Assembly (NCBI GenBank): GCA_965219265.1
Contig: OZ244730.1
Coordinates: 1,546,501 to 1,610,500, forward strand
Source of the DNA: Arenicellales bacterium
Lineage (GTDB): Bacteria; Pseudomonadota; Gammaproteobacteria; Arenicellales; JAJDZL01
DNA: 64,000 nt
Direction: 5' to 3'
The notes below the pieces were generated by a model that searched no databases, was not told the origin of the DNA, and saw nothing but the letters and a program-made list of their open reading frames with translations. How positions within the stretch are numbered: position 1 is the stretch's first letter; each line of letters starts with the position of its first letter. Below are positions 47,841-57,027 of this stretch, in pieces. The position numbers and the translations under genes were made by a program.

Positions 47841-48507
47841 TTATTCCCCATTCGTTAGAATCCTGATAAAGGCATTACCTTTACACAGTTTGATGTTGAA
47901 ATTTTACTCTTACTGAGCATTTTGAAGGACGATTAGATTGGGGTCAGCCAGAAGTTCTTGATAGGGATTCCCTGTTAGTAGTGCAGTCGAGTTTGCCACA
48001 GCCTTGGCTTTACCGACGCGAATCCAGTTGGCGGCCTGATAGTGCAAGTACCAATGAATTGAGGAATTTCTAAAGAAAGTTTCAAGCATCACTGACAGAT
48101 CGCGCAACGTTGCAGCTAATTCTCGGGCAGGCGTCGATCGCAACATCCAAGAAATTGAGAGGCAAGATTGGGAATGGGGATTCCAGGTAGGGCCAGCACC
48201 GGAGTTTTACTGAGTGAGCGCGGTGCCGTGTAGTTTGAAGACTATACTACACAGTATCCATCATTAGCTCAGTCCCAAGTATGCGCAGTATTATCTGCCA
48301 CAGTTCGGGTTTCGGTTTAATCGTCGTTACAGCCTGTCGGCACTGATTCCACGACTCGCTTGGGCGGCAGTGAGAACTACGCCAATGCTAGGTAGTCTTC
48401 TTGAGACTTGGCTTACCAAAAGTAATTCGTAAATTTAATCACCTGAAGAAAGGCTCCGGAATTACTGTTTACGGAGCACGAATGGTGCCCTTATTTTTTC
48501 ATTTATG

Positions 48508-49698
48508 CTAGCAAACAAATGATTTTGAAACATCTTTTAAAACTAAAGGGTTTTCGTAATCTGGATAATCTTTCTTGATCTCTGAAAAGAAGAAATTCCA
48601 AGCATCTTCTTGTCCACATATTTGGTAAAGATATAAAATGCAATCCATTACCTGATAGTCTCCATGGTGTTGTTTATGAATGTAACTGATTGTGTTTGCT
48701 TCATCTGTAGTCAATGGCATTTTCCACGGTAGCTCATCACGATCCTCCCACTGCTTGAAATTGGTCAGCCACCAGATTGATAGCGATACTTCCGGAAAAA
48801 CTTCAAGGATCTCATTTTTAATTCTTGCTATTGTTTTATTGAGAAACACCATGGCAGATTCTTTTTCTTGTAAATTTACGAGCTGAATTTTTTCCGTTAA
48901 TGATCGATATTCCGCTGCAAGTCTACTTTGAGGGTGCTTGATAGTAAATAATTCCTGATTCAACAGCGATAGACTTGGATAGTGGTGAATTGTGGCTGTC
49001 ACTTCATCAAAATCCAGGTTTTTTTTAAACTCTTTCAACCGTTGCTTTAAGATTCGGTTTTCGTCATCAAGATCTGGTACGTTTGATGGTACAAAGAAAA
49101 AATGTAATTCTTTATTGCGGTTGCTGACATCATCTCTAATTTTTTTCACAATTCGTGACAAACCTGATAAGTTCTGCTCGTTTGGAAAATACAAAAAAAC
49201 TATAGCGTCAGGAAGTTGTCGTGTGCATACTTCACCTGCGTCAGTGTAGCCAGTTCTAGAATCAATGAACACATAATCAGGGCTGAAATACTTTTTCCAC
49301 TGTGCCTTGAGGTTTTCGAACAACAAATATCCATCTCGTCGTTCGTAAAGATTTTGCCAGTCAATCGAAAGCAATCTTTGGTTGTAACCTCGGCTTCTGT
49401 CACCGGCAGGCATCATAAAAAGTTCTCCTGCCAACTTTGAGTCTAATCCAACTTTGTATAAGTAAGGTTCGATTGATGGTGCTGTATTTGTTATCAAATA
49501 ATTTCTGACGTAATCCACTATACCTTTCTTCTTACCACGAGGAAGTGCTAGATTGAAGCTTTCAAGTCCAGGCGCTTCAAGATCGAAATCCACAACTAGA
49601 ACTTTCCGACCTTCTCTTACCAGTTCAGCAGCGCAGTTCATCATTGCCAAGGAACGACCCACTCCGCCCTTAAATGAATAGAAAGTTACTATGTACAT
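48508..49698 (-). CDS. ParA/MinD-like P-loop ATPase with variant KGGVGR Walker A and an uncharacterised ~150-aa C-terminal domain
   Basis: 396 aa. IVTFYSFKGGVGRSLAMMNCAAELVREGRKVLVVDFDLEAPGL (deviant Walker A with Arg in place of the usual GK[ST] Lys), then FIDSRTGYTD (Walker B-like). Starts 3 nt after the antitoxin stop. Confidence 0.8.
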   Translation of the reverse strand: MYIVTFYSFKGGVGRSLAMMNCAAELVREGRKVLVVDFDLEAPGLESFNLALPRGKKKGIVDYVRNYLITNTAPSIEPYLYKVGLDSKLAGELFMMPAGDRSRGYNQRLLSIDWQNLYERRDGYLLFENLKAQWKKYFSPDYVFIDSRTGYTDAGEVCTRQLPDAIVFLYFPNEQNLSGLSRIVKKIRDDVSNRNKELHFFFVPSNVPDLDDENRILKQRLKEFKKNLDFDEVTATIHHYPSLSLLNQELFTIKHPQSRLAAEYRSLTEKIQLVNLQEKESAMVFLNKTIARIKNEILEVFPEVSLSIWWLTNFKQWEDRDELPWKMPLTTDEANTISYIHKQHHGDYQVMDCILYLYQICGQEDAWNFFFSEIKKDYPDYENPLVLKDVSKSFVC

Positions 49699-49701
49699 TC
49701 T

Positions 49702-50250
49702 TCAGGCAGCTATACGGAAAATTTTACTGTCATTTTGCACCTTTTCGAGTTCGTCGATATCAGGAAACCTGAGCATATTACCCAAATTCTCGTGATCAAC
49801 CAGCTCACCAGCTCTAATCGACAGTTCATCCAAATTACGTGGAAAATTCAGTAAAAATAGATAATTATCCATAGCTTTATTCTGAATGAGGGCACCTTTC
49901 TCCCATCTGTTAATTGACGCGGCACCAATCCCTGTTTGCTTCGAAAATTCCTCAACAGATTGGTTGTACGAATTACGAACCTCGCGAACTTCCTTCGGAG
50001 TCATAACGTCTCGATACCTGCAAACCGCATCATGACATAACTCACTAGCCTCGCGATCTGTATACATAAATTCGCAGTCGGCGCATCTGTAAACGGGTAC
50101 TTCAGCTTGCAATTCTACTGGCTTGTCTAGAGTTCCATAGTTGAAGACCTTAATCTGTTTTCTAGTCTGAACTCTTCCGGAACCGCAAGACCCGCATTTC
50201 TTGCCTTTTGCCAATTTCCACTTTTTATTCTTCAAATTTATATCAGTCAT
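49702..50250 (-). CDS. MqsA-family antitoxin-like protein (Zn-ribbon + XRE-type HTH)
   Basis: 182 aa. CGSCGSG...YRCADCEF (two CxxC pairs) followed by MTPKEVREVRNSYNQSVEEFSKQTGIGAASINRWEKGALIQNKAMDNYLFLL (HTH). Confidence 0.78.
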   Translation of the reverse strand: MTDINLKNKKWKLAKGKKCGSCGSGRVQTRKQIKVFNYGTLDKPVELQAEVPVYRCADCEFMYTDREASELCHDAVCRYRDVMTPKEVREVRNSYNQSVEEFSKQTGIGAASINRWEKGALIQNKAMDNYLFLLNFPRNLDELSIRAGELVDHENLGNMLRFPDIDELEKVQNDSKIFRIAA

Positions 50251-50283
50251 TTCTGTATGCCCCTAAATTAGTCAATTGGTAAT

Positions 50284-50625
50284 TCAATAGTGAAAACTGC
50301 GGCCAATTAACACATCAACTCCAATTTGAAGTTTTATATAAATAACTCGTCCCCCTGGGATTGGCTTCACTTTCATCACATAACCTTTTTTACCTTTCGG
50401 TTTACTCAAATCAATTGTTTCAATTGGGTGTCCTGATTTAAGAGTGGTCTCTATAAAATCCAAGCATTCTGCTTCGGTGAACACAAATCCAGTTTCTGGG
50501 TTTTCGACCTTGTCCGGATGCCATTTCGTTGGCATTTCTTCAGTAAACTCCGTATGAAATTTGCCTGCCTCCAATAAAGTCAACATAAATTGACGGGAAA
50601 TCTCCGATGCAAGTTCTTTCGGCAT
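50284..50625 (-). CDS. small toxin-like protein, MqsR/RelE-fold candidate
   Basis: 113 aa. C-terminus ...KGYVMKVKPIPGGRVIYIKLQIGVDVLIGRSFHY resembles the MqsR C-terminus (...VYLKITVIHDVLIVSFKEK). Position upstream of a MqsA-like gene fits the toxin-first MqsRA order. Confidence 0.5.
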   Translation of the reverse strand: MPKELASEISRQFMLTLLEAGKFHTEFTEEMPTKWHPDKVENPETGFVFTEAECLDFIETTLKSGHPIETIDLSKPKGKKGYVMKVKPIPGGRVIYIKLQIGVDVLIGRSFHY

Positions 50626-50645
50626 CAGTCAACTCTCAACAATTC

Positions 50646-50697
50646 TATCATATGATACATTGATGAACACAATTTTGCGTTAGTTTTCCTCATATGA
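50646..50697 (-). promoter_or_regulatory. paired palindromic operator candidates in the promoter of the three-gene operon
   Basis: TATCATATGATA (50646-50657) and TCATATGA (50690-50697). Centres are 42 bp apart, 21-72 nt upstream of the toxin start. A -10-like TAGAAT on the minus strand (50642-50647) overlaps the proximal palindrome. Confidence 0.5.
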
Positions 50698-51274
50698 TCA
50701 GACTTCCTAAATTCACTCTGTCGCCAGTTCCGTTCAGAGCTGAGTGGGTCACAATTCTTGAAGCAAACTTACCCATTCCAGCAATTTTCATGATTCAATA
50801 TTAATACAGCAATTAGTCCAGTATTTGCCGCATTTTGCTTCCAGCCTCATTCACTCATTCACCCAATTTTTAACAATCCTTACAGTCGTTTGAAACCGTC
50901 TTTAACTTAGTTTGGTTTGGTGAATTCGAATGATTCGATTTCAAAGAAAATGTTGTGCCAAAAACCGCAATGCATCCCAGAAATCGGTACTCGAAAATTA
51001 CAAAATTGATGTACCGAATTATTCATGCAATCTTCGTGTTATCTGATTGTATCATTGACTTTTCAATGCACTGCGTAACACCTCTGCTTCTATCAGATTT
51101 GCTTGGGCGCAAGTGCATCACTGTTGAGGATGAACTGCCTAATTTCAAAAATCGAGTTGATCCATGAAATCGCTCGAACCACTCAGATGGAAATTTGAAC
51201 GACATCAGTAATCCCCACTTTACAGGTCAATCCGGACATATACACAACTTCTAATTCAACGGGAAAGATTCTAA

Positions 51275-52705
51275 ATGGATGAGCTCATCAAAAAATGTGC
51301 CGGTGAAATCAAAGAAATGCTCGCGAAAGGGGAAGTTACACCTGTTGAGCTTGTTGAAGCCTCAGCGAACCGGATCTCTCAAATCGAACCAGACATCAAC
51401 GCCATGCCGACTCTATGCGTCGAAAAAGCTCTCGACAGAGCGAAGGCATTGACAAAACAAGCTCCTTCCGACCGGCCTCACGCCAGGGGCTGGTTGGGTG
51501 GCATGCCCATTTCCGTCAAGGACTTAGTGAAAACTGCTGGCGTTCGAACCACATTTGGGTCAACGGTCTACGCAGATTATGTTCCATCGAGCTCCGACAT
51601 TATGGTTCAGCAGATGGAATATCGAGGCGCAATCGTCATAGGCAAGTCGAATACTCCTGAATTCGGAGCAGGTGCCAGTACATTCAATGAAGTTTTTGGG
51701 AAAACACGAAATCCATGGGATACTCGAAAATCCGTAGCAGGCTCATCGGGAGGTGCTTGCGCTTCCGTTGCGACTGGTGAAGTGTGGCTGGCAACTGGGA
51801 GTGACTTGGGCGGAAGTCTAAGGACCCCTGCGAGTTTTAACTCAGTGGTTGGTTTGCGACCGAGTCCAGGGCGTGTGCCAAGTAATCGACCACATGAACC
51901 ATTCGGAGCATTGTATGTCCAAGGTCCGGTCGCAAGAAATACTCGGGACATTGCCCTGTTTCTTGACACGATGGCTGGCTTTCATCCTACGGACCCACTG
52001 AGTTACCCTGCCCCTGAAAATCCCTATATGGATTACATTGACAAGCCGTTGATTCCCAGGCGAGTTGCCTATTCCTCCGATCTCGGCATCACTCATGTAG
52101 ATCCGGAAGTCGATGAAATCTGCCGAAAAGCAGTGGCATTGATTGAGAACTTTGGTACGCGAGTCGATGAACGATGTTCCGACTTTAGCGGTGCCATTGA
52201 AAGTTTCAGTGTCCTTCGAGGCGCTTCCTTTGCTACAAACTATATCAGTGAATACGAACGACACCGCGACGCTCTAAAGCCTGAGATTGTCTGGAACATC
52301 GAACAGGGTCTGCAATTGACTGCCAATGAAATTGGTCGAGCGCAACGAAGTCAGGCGAAGATATTCCGATCCCTGATCAAGTTCTTCGACAGTTATGATT
52401 TACTGATTTGTCCGTGTGCGATCGTGCCGCCTTTCGATGTGGACATTCGGTTTGTCGAATCGGTTGGCAGTCATGTTTTCGATACATATTTTGAGTGGAT
52501 TGCAATTACGTTCGCAGTTACACTAACCGGCTGTCCGGTACTGGCGATTCCGGCTGGATTCACGAAAGATGGGCTTCCCATCGGACTGCAAATCATCGCA
52601 CCACCTCGCGATGAAGGATCATTGTTGTCTGCCGGACATCTGCTGGAACAGGAAACCGGCATCCAAAACCTTCTGCCTATCGACCCGCGGGTACTACATA
52701 CTTAA
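51275..52705 (+). CDS. amidase-signature (AS) family amidase
   Basis: 476 aa. GGMPISVKDLVKT and GSSGGACASVATGEVWLATGSDLGGSLRTPASFN. Confidence 0.88.
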   Translation: MDELIKKCAGEIKEMLAKGEVTPVELVEASANRISQIEPDINAMPTLCVEKALDRAKALTKQAPSDRPHARGWLGGMPISVKDLVKTAGVRTTFGSTVYADYVPSSSDIMVQQMEYRGAIVIGKSNTPEFGAGASTFNEVFGKTRNPWDTRKSVAGSSGGACASVATGEVWLATGSDLGGSLRTPASFNSVVGLRPSPGRVPSNRPHEPFGALYVQGPVARNTRDIALFLDTMAGFHPTDPLSYPAPENPYMDYIDKPLIPRRVAYSSDLGITHVDPEVDEICRKAVALIENFGTRVDERCSDFSGAIESFSVLRGASFATNYISEYERHRDALKPEIVWNIEQGLQLTANEIGRAQRSQAKIFRSLIKFFDSYDLLICPCAIVPPFDVDIRFVESVGSHVFDTYFEWIAITFAVTLTGCPVLAIPAGFTKDGLPIGLQIIAPPRDEGSLLSAGHLLEQETGIQNLLPIDPRVLHT

Positions 52706-53799
52706 GAGTTCTTGACGACGACCATATAGGTATGCACATAGTCCATCGCGTGCCGTTCTGGTTCTCTTCTTACCAGTGCATTGTATCGACGATAAAAGTC
52801 GTCAACAATCTCGCGTCTTTGCTCCATCGGACGGGATGAGTTCAGACTGCCCATAAATACGGTTTCACTCCAGGAGCGAAGAGTCGGAACATACGCATCT
52901 GCAAATGCAATTGGGTCTCCTTCTCTATTGAACCGTGCTCGATACGGACACTCTGTCATACCGGTATAGATGGTTTCAAGTTGCAGTCCCGCTCTAGACA
53001 CTGCACTACCCGGGTTCTCGAACGGTGCGCGAAACAGATCAATCGTTTTGTAAAACTGGGGGAAAGCGGTGACTTGATATTCCTGTTGTGTAATTACTCC
53101 AGATTCCGCAAGCTCTCGCCATAAAATATTGAACGTGTCAAACATGTTGGCACCGCCAGTATTGCCAAGATAGCGACCTTGTTCGTCGATGCAGAAGTTT
53201 GCCATGACTAAAACTCCACCCGGCGCCAGTTCCCGGGCCCGATTAAGCAGAATTTTTTCCCAGTCAGCCTGTGCGTAGTCTCGAAAAGTTTCCCATTCCG
53301 CTCCATGCGCCCCAACAGCATGAACGTGATCGGTAATCCTGCCAGGCACTCCGCTTAACCAATGCATAGCTGTTGCAGAGAATCCAATGTCGATACTGTT
53401 GCTGGGAACAATTTGCTCATAAAACGAGGTCCCCGCGCATAAAACAAAAACATTCGAATATTGACTCAGATAGCTTTCCGCGCCTGGAATCTGGTTATGC
53501 ATAAGGCGGAAAAGAGCTGAAAAATCGTTGTGCGGCAAGTCGGTATAGGTAACGTTAATTTCTTTTGTCTTGGCGCGACCCCGCACATTTTTCACAATCT
53601 TGGCAATCATGTCCAAAGAGGTTCCACCGTCCGCGGCACCATAGTCAATTACAGAAAATGGGCGATCGCTTTCCGTTATCTCCATTTGTAAAAGCTTTTC
53701 CATCACATGGGCACCAGCACGATCAATAACATGCTTTGCACCCTGCGTATTTTCAGAATAATAACCCCCTCCTTTCATTGAAATGGAAGAGTCAGTCAT
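52702..53799 (-). CDS. SABATH/Methyltransf_7-type SAM-dependent methyltransferase homologue
   Basis: 365 aa. MKGGGYYSENTQGAKHVI (compare plant M.GG.G..SY..NS..Q), VIDYGAADGGTS, YTDLPHNDFSALF, GTSFYEQIVPSNSIDIGFSATAMHWLSGVP, ELAPGGVLVM, AFPQFYKT. Confidence 0.7.
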   Translation of the reverse strand: MTDSSISMKGGGYYSENTQGAKHVIDRAGAHVMEKLLQMEITESDRPFSVIDYGAADGGTSLDMIAKIVKNVRGRAKTKEINVTYTDLPHNDFSALFRLMHNQIPGAESYLSQYSNVFVLCAGTSFYEQIVPSNSIDIGFSATAMHWLSGVPGRITDHVHAVGAHGAEWETFRDYAQADWEKILLNRARELAPGGVLVMANFCIDEQGRYLGNTGGANMFDTFNILWRELAESGVITQQEYQVTAFPQFYKTIDLFRAPFENPGSAVSRAGLQLETIYTGMTECPYRARFNREGDPIAFADAYVPTLRSWSETVFMGSLNSSRPMEQRREIVDDFYRRYNALVRREPERHAMDYVHTYMVVVKNS

Positions 53800-54590
53800 A
53801 GGGTTTCTCCTGTTAGTAAAGCGATATTCGTGTTTAAATTTGGGGTTTATCTGTTTATATTTACAGCTTTTAAATGAAGCAGTATCTGATTATAGAAAAT
53901 ACTCAATGAGTCAAGTTACTACCAACATAAATATTCTATACTGAATGAAATTTTGCATCGTGTTGTGCTAAAAAGAATTGATTGGCCAGTTCTAGATACT
54001 GCCGAAAGTAATATCTATGGAGTTCTCAAGTGCTGCCTAAGCTCACTATTCCCAAGTTCAAAAGTTGGGCCATGATAACGCTGGATTCGGGGTCTCCATG
54101 GGATGATGAGGCAAAGGTAAGTGACGATTTTCTCACTCCACTCTTCAAAATTAACTTCCAAAAGATTAATCTTCCTAATTTGATGAAAAAGTAAAATTTT
54201 TGTGAACTGGCTGAAGATGGGCCTAATGAATTCGACCCGGAGACTGAAGACAACTTGGATAAAATTGCAGACACGGCGGCACATGCTTCTCATAAAATTT
54301 CGTAGGCATTGACAAGACACCATAGCAGTCTCAATTCGATTCGACGCCAAAGAACTTGCATAATTGCAGTTCCAATTCGTTGGCATCTCTATACTCAAAG
54401 CCCCTCGCTCGATAAATTGTTGCCCACAAAACACAAAATTCCCTAAAATTGAAATCGACTATTCTACTGTCAGTTAAGATCTGGTGCAAAATCACCCTTT
54501 GAAGCACTAAAGAAAATACTGAATTTTCGGAAATAAATCAGCGTTTTCCAGTTAAGAGCAAACTATCAAATACTTGTCGCACAGAAACAG

Positions 54591-55082
54591 ATGAAGTACA
54601 TTTTTACTCCAATTGTGTTTCTAGCAATATTCTGGCTGGCACTTTCAGGCCACTACACAGCCTTGCTGCTGTCTCTGGGCGCTTTTTGCTGTATTTGGGT
54701 GAGTTTGATTTCACGACGGATGGATATTGTTGATCTGGAAGGCCACCAAATTCGGCTGGTTACGCTGCGAATCATCCCGTACTACATTTGGCTGGCAAAG
54801 GAAATCATAGTGTCGAGCGTGATAGTAGCTCGAATGATCCTTTCTCCTAAGATTAAGTTGAATCCAGCGGTAGAGCGCCTTCCAGCAGAAGGAATGAGCG
54901 ACATGGAAAAGGTAATTTATGCTAATTCCATCACACTGACTCCTGGAACCCTCACCCTTGAAGTTTCCGATTCCTGGCTGGAAGTTCACACCATACGCAG
55001 CGATCTTCTCGATTCCCTGCGACAAGGTGAAATGGCCAACCGCATTCGTATGATTTCGGTACGCAAACAGCCTGGCAAATGA
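54591..55082 (+). CDS. mrpE: Mrp-type cation/proton antiporter subunit E
   Basis: 163 aa. ...YANSITLTPGTLTLEVSDSWLEVHTI, the MnhE hallmark. Confidence 0.82.
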   Translation: MKYIFTPIVFLAIFWLALSGHYTALLLSLGAFCCIWVSLISRRMDIVDLEGHQIRLVTLRIIPYYIWLAKEIIVSSVIVARMILSPKIKLNPAVERLPAEGMSDMEKVIYANSITLTPGTLTLEVSDSWLEVHTIRSDLLDSLRQGEMANRIRMISVRKQPGK

Positions 55083-55369
55083 TGATTGCAGCCGCCATGA
55101 TCGCCATTCTGATCGGGATGGTACTTTTGCTTGCAAGAGCATTTGTTGGGCCCACAATCTATGATCGACTGCTTGCGGTAAACAATTTTGGCACTAAGAC
55201 TGTGCTTGTCATTGCCCTCTATGGATTTCTCACAGAGCGGCCCGATTTTCTCGACATTGCACTGGTCTACGCTTTGTGCAACTTCATCGCCACTATCGCT
55301 GTACTCAAGTTTTTTGAGTACGGAGACCTAGGACATGTCGGGCAGCAACCAGAGGATGAAAAAAAATAG
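55079..55369 (+). CDS. mrpF: Mrp-type antiporter subunit F
   Basis: 96 aa, 3 TM. ...ARAFVGPTIYDRLLAVNNFGTK... (MnhF GP...DR motif). 4-nt overlap with subunit E. Confidence 0.8.
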   Translation: MMIAAAMIAILIGMVLLLARAFVGPTIYDRLLAVNNFGTKTVLVIALYGFLTERPDFLDIALVYALCNFIATIAVLKFFEYGDLGHVGQQPEDEKK

Positions 55370-55692
55370 TGGAACTGCTGGCCTTCATTCTGCGAGAAAT
55401 TTTCCTAATTACAGGTGCTCTGATCATGTTGATCGGGAGTATCGGCGTTGTTCGATTTCCAGAATTTTTTTCCAGAGTGCATGCTGCAGGCGTCACCGAT
55501 TCAGCCGGCATAGGATTTCTGTTTGCCGGATTGTTCATTGAAGCGGGTTTGGGTCTAGTCTCTGTGAAATTGCTGATCATTCTGACACTAATGCTGCTTA
55601 CCAGTCCAACGGCGTCTCATGCTCTGGCGAAAGCAGCGCTTCATGGCAACTTATCTCCTTTACAACAGGGAGGTCATCAGTCATCGAACTAA
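55369..55692 (+). CDS. mrpG: Mrp-type antiporter subunit G
   Basis: 107 aa. GSIGVVRFPEFFSRVHAAGVTDSAG...TSPTASHALAKAA. GTG start. Confidence 0.8.
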   Translation: MELLAFILREIFLITGALIMLIGSIGVVRFPEFFSRVHAAGVTDSAGIGFLFAGLFIEAGLGLVSVKLLIILTLMLLTSPTASHALAKAALHGNLSPLQQGGHQSSN

Positions 55693-55718
55693 CACTCAAT
55701 TTTGCCCTGCTCGCATTT

Positions 55719-56222
55719 ATGCTGGCAACCGCGATTGTTATTTCCCGCATGACAATTCTGTTTGGGGCAGTTATGCTGTACGGGATTTACAGTTTGTTAA
55801 GCGCCAGTCTGTTCGTCGTGCTGGATGCCGTCGACGTAGCCTTTACTGAAGCCGCCGTCGGCACCTGCATTTCGACCATTCTAATGCTCAGCGCTCTGTC
55901 ACTGACAGGTTCTCGAATTGAAATCATTCATCGTCGTAAACCGCTCATAGCCCTATGCTCGTCCGTTGGGCTTGGAGCAGTACTGCTATGGGGAACGATC
56001 GATATGCCGCGTTTTGCCGACCCTGCGGCTCCAGCAAATCAGCATGTTGCGCCCTACTATTTAGAGCAGTCTTCTCACGAGACTGGCATACCGAATGTAG
56101 TCACATCCGTTCTAGCCAGTTACAGGGGTTACGACACCTTAGGTGAAGTTGTCGTGATCTTCACGGCTGGAATCGGCGTAATCTCGCTGCTTGGCGGCAG
56201 GCGACGCAGGAAAAAGGATTAG
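55719..56222 (+). CDS. MrpA-C-terminal-like membrane subunit (DUF4040/MbhD-like plus MnhB-like segment)
   Basis: 167 aa. LDAVDVAFTEAAVGTCISTIL (DUF4040-type) and NVVTSVLASYRGYDTLGEVVVIF (MnhB-domain motif). Confidence 0.7.
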   Translation: MLATAIVISRMTILFGAVMLYGIYSLLSASLFVVLDAVDVAFTEAAVGTCISTILMLSALSLTGSRIEIIHRRKPLIALCSSVGLGAVLLWGTIDMPRFADPAAPANQHVAPYYLEQSSHETGIPNVVTSVLASYRGYDTLGEVVVIFTAGIGVISLLGGRRRRKKD

Positions 56223-56226
56223 TCTG

Positions 56227-56664
56227 ATGAAACAACACATCGTACTGCACTTAATTGCAAAAATGCTGATTCCGTTCATCATGCTGTTCGCTCTATATGT
56301 TCAGTTTCATGGTGACTATGGGCCAGGGGGCGGATTTCAAGCAGGTGTTATTTTCGGTGCAGGCGTCATACTCTATGGAATCATTTTGGGCAAGGAAATG
56401 GCCTTGCAAGTTGTCCCCATAAAACTGGTACATACCTTGGCTGCGGTCGGTGTGTTGCTTTATACATGCGTTGGAGTTGCAGGAATGCTTCTAGGGGGCG
56501 AGTTTCTAAATTACAACGTTTTGCTATCCGACCCCGTCGCAGGACAGCATATTGGAATTTTGCTGATCGAACTCGGAGTTGGAATTACCGTCGCATCAGT
56601 CATGATCAGCCTATTTTTCAGTTACTCCATGTACCAGCATCCTGACGATCCGGAGAAAAACTGA
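56227..56664 (+). CDS. mrpB: Mrp-type antiporter subunit B
   Basis: 145 aa from MKQHIV. ...FHGDYGPGGGFQAGVIFGAGVILY. The track start 56191 would overlap the previous gene. Confidence 0.78.
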   Translation: MKQHIVLHLIAKMLIPFIMLFALYVQFHGDYGPGGGFQAGVIFGAGVILYGIILGKEMALQVVPIKLVHTLAAVGVLLYTCVGVAGMLLGGEFLNYNVLLSDPVAGQHIGILLIELGVGITVASVMISLFFSYSMYQHPDDPEKN

Positions 56665-57027
56665 ATGGGCACTGTGTTTGAATTCGGATCATTCAACTAC
56701 TGGATCGTCATTGGATTGATGATGACCGGACTTTACATCGTAATTGCCACTAACAACTACTTAAAGAAAATTATCGGACTTAATATTTTCCAGACTTCGG
56801 TTTTTATTCTCTACATCAGCATCGGCAAGGTTAGCGGCGGGACGGCACCTATTATTACCGGGCAACCTGAGACTTACTCCAATCCTCTTCCTCACGTCCT
56901 CATACTGACCGCGATTGTCGTAGGGGTTGCCACAACAGCACTCGGACTGGCGCTGATCATTCGGATTCGGTCAGCATTTGGCACCATTGACGATCACGAC
57001 GTGCAAGAAACCTCACAGGATAACTAG
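56665..57027 (+). CDS. mrpC: Mrp-type antiporter subunit C (NuoK-like)
   Basis: 120 aa, 3 TM. ...LNIFQTSVFILYISIG...PLPHVLILTAIVVGVATTALGLALI. Confidence 0.8.
   Translation: MGTVFEFGSFNYWIVIGLMMTGLYIVIATNNYLKKIIGLNIFQTSVFILYISIGKVSGGTAPIITGQPETYSNPLPHVLILTAIVVGVATTALGLALIIRIRSAFGTIDDHDVQETSQDN

Noticed and set aside
47910-48146. A 78-aa ORF (MLRSTPARELAATLRDLSVMLETFF...) in the 670-bp gap between the M19 gene and the ATPase gene. Possibly a gene fragment (recombinase or TA-related?) marking the islet border.
   Set aside because: The frame is open upstream without a start. There is no recognisable motif, no RBS and no partner gene. I cannot support a call, though the gap deserves a homology search.
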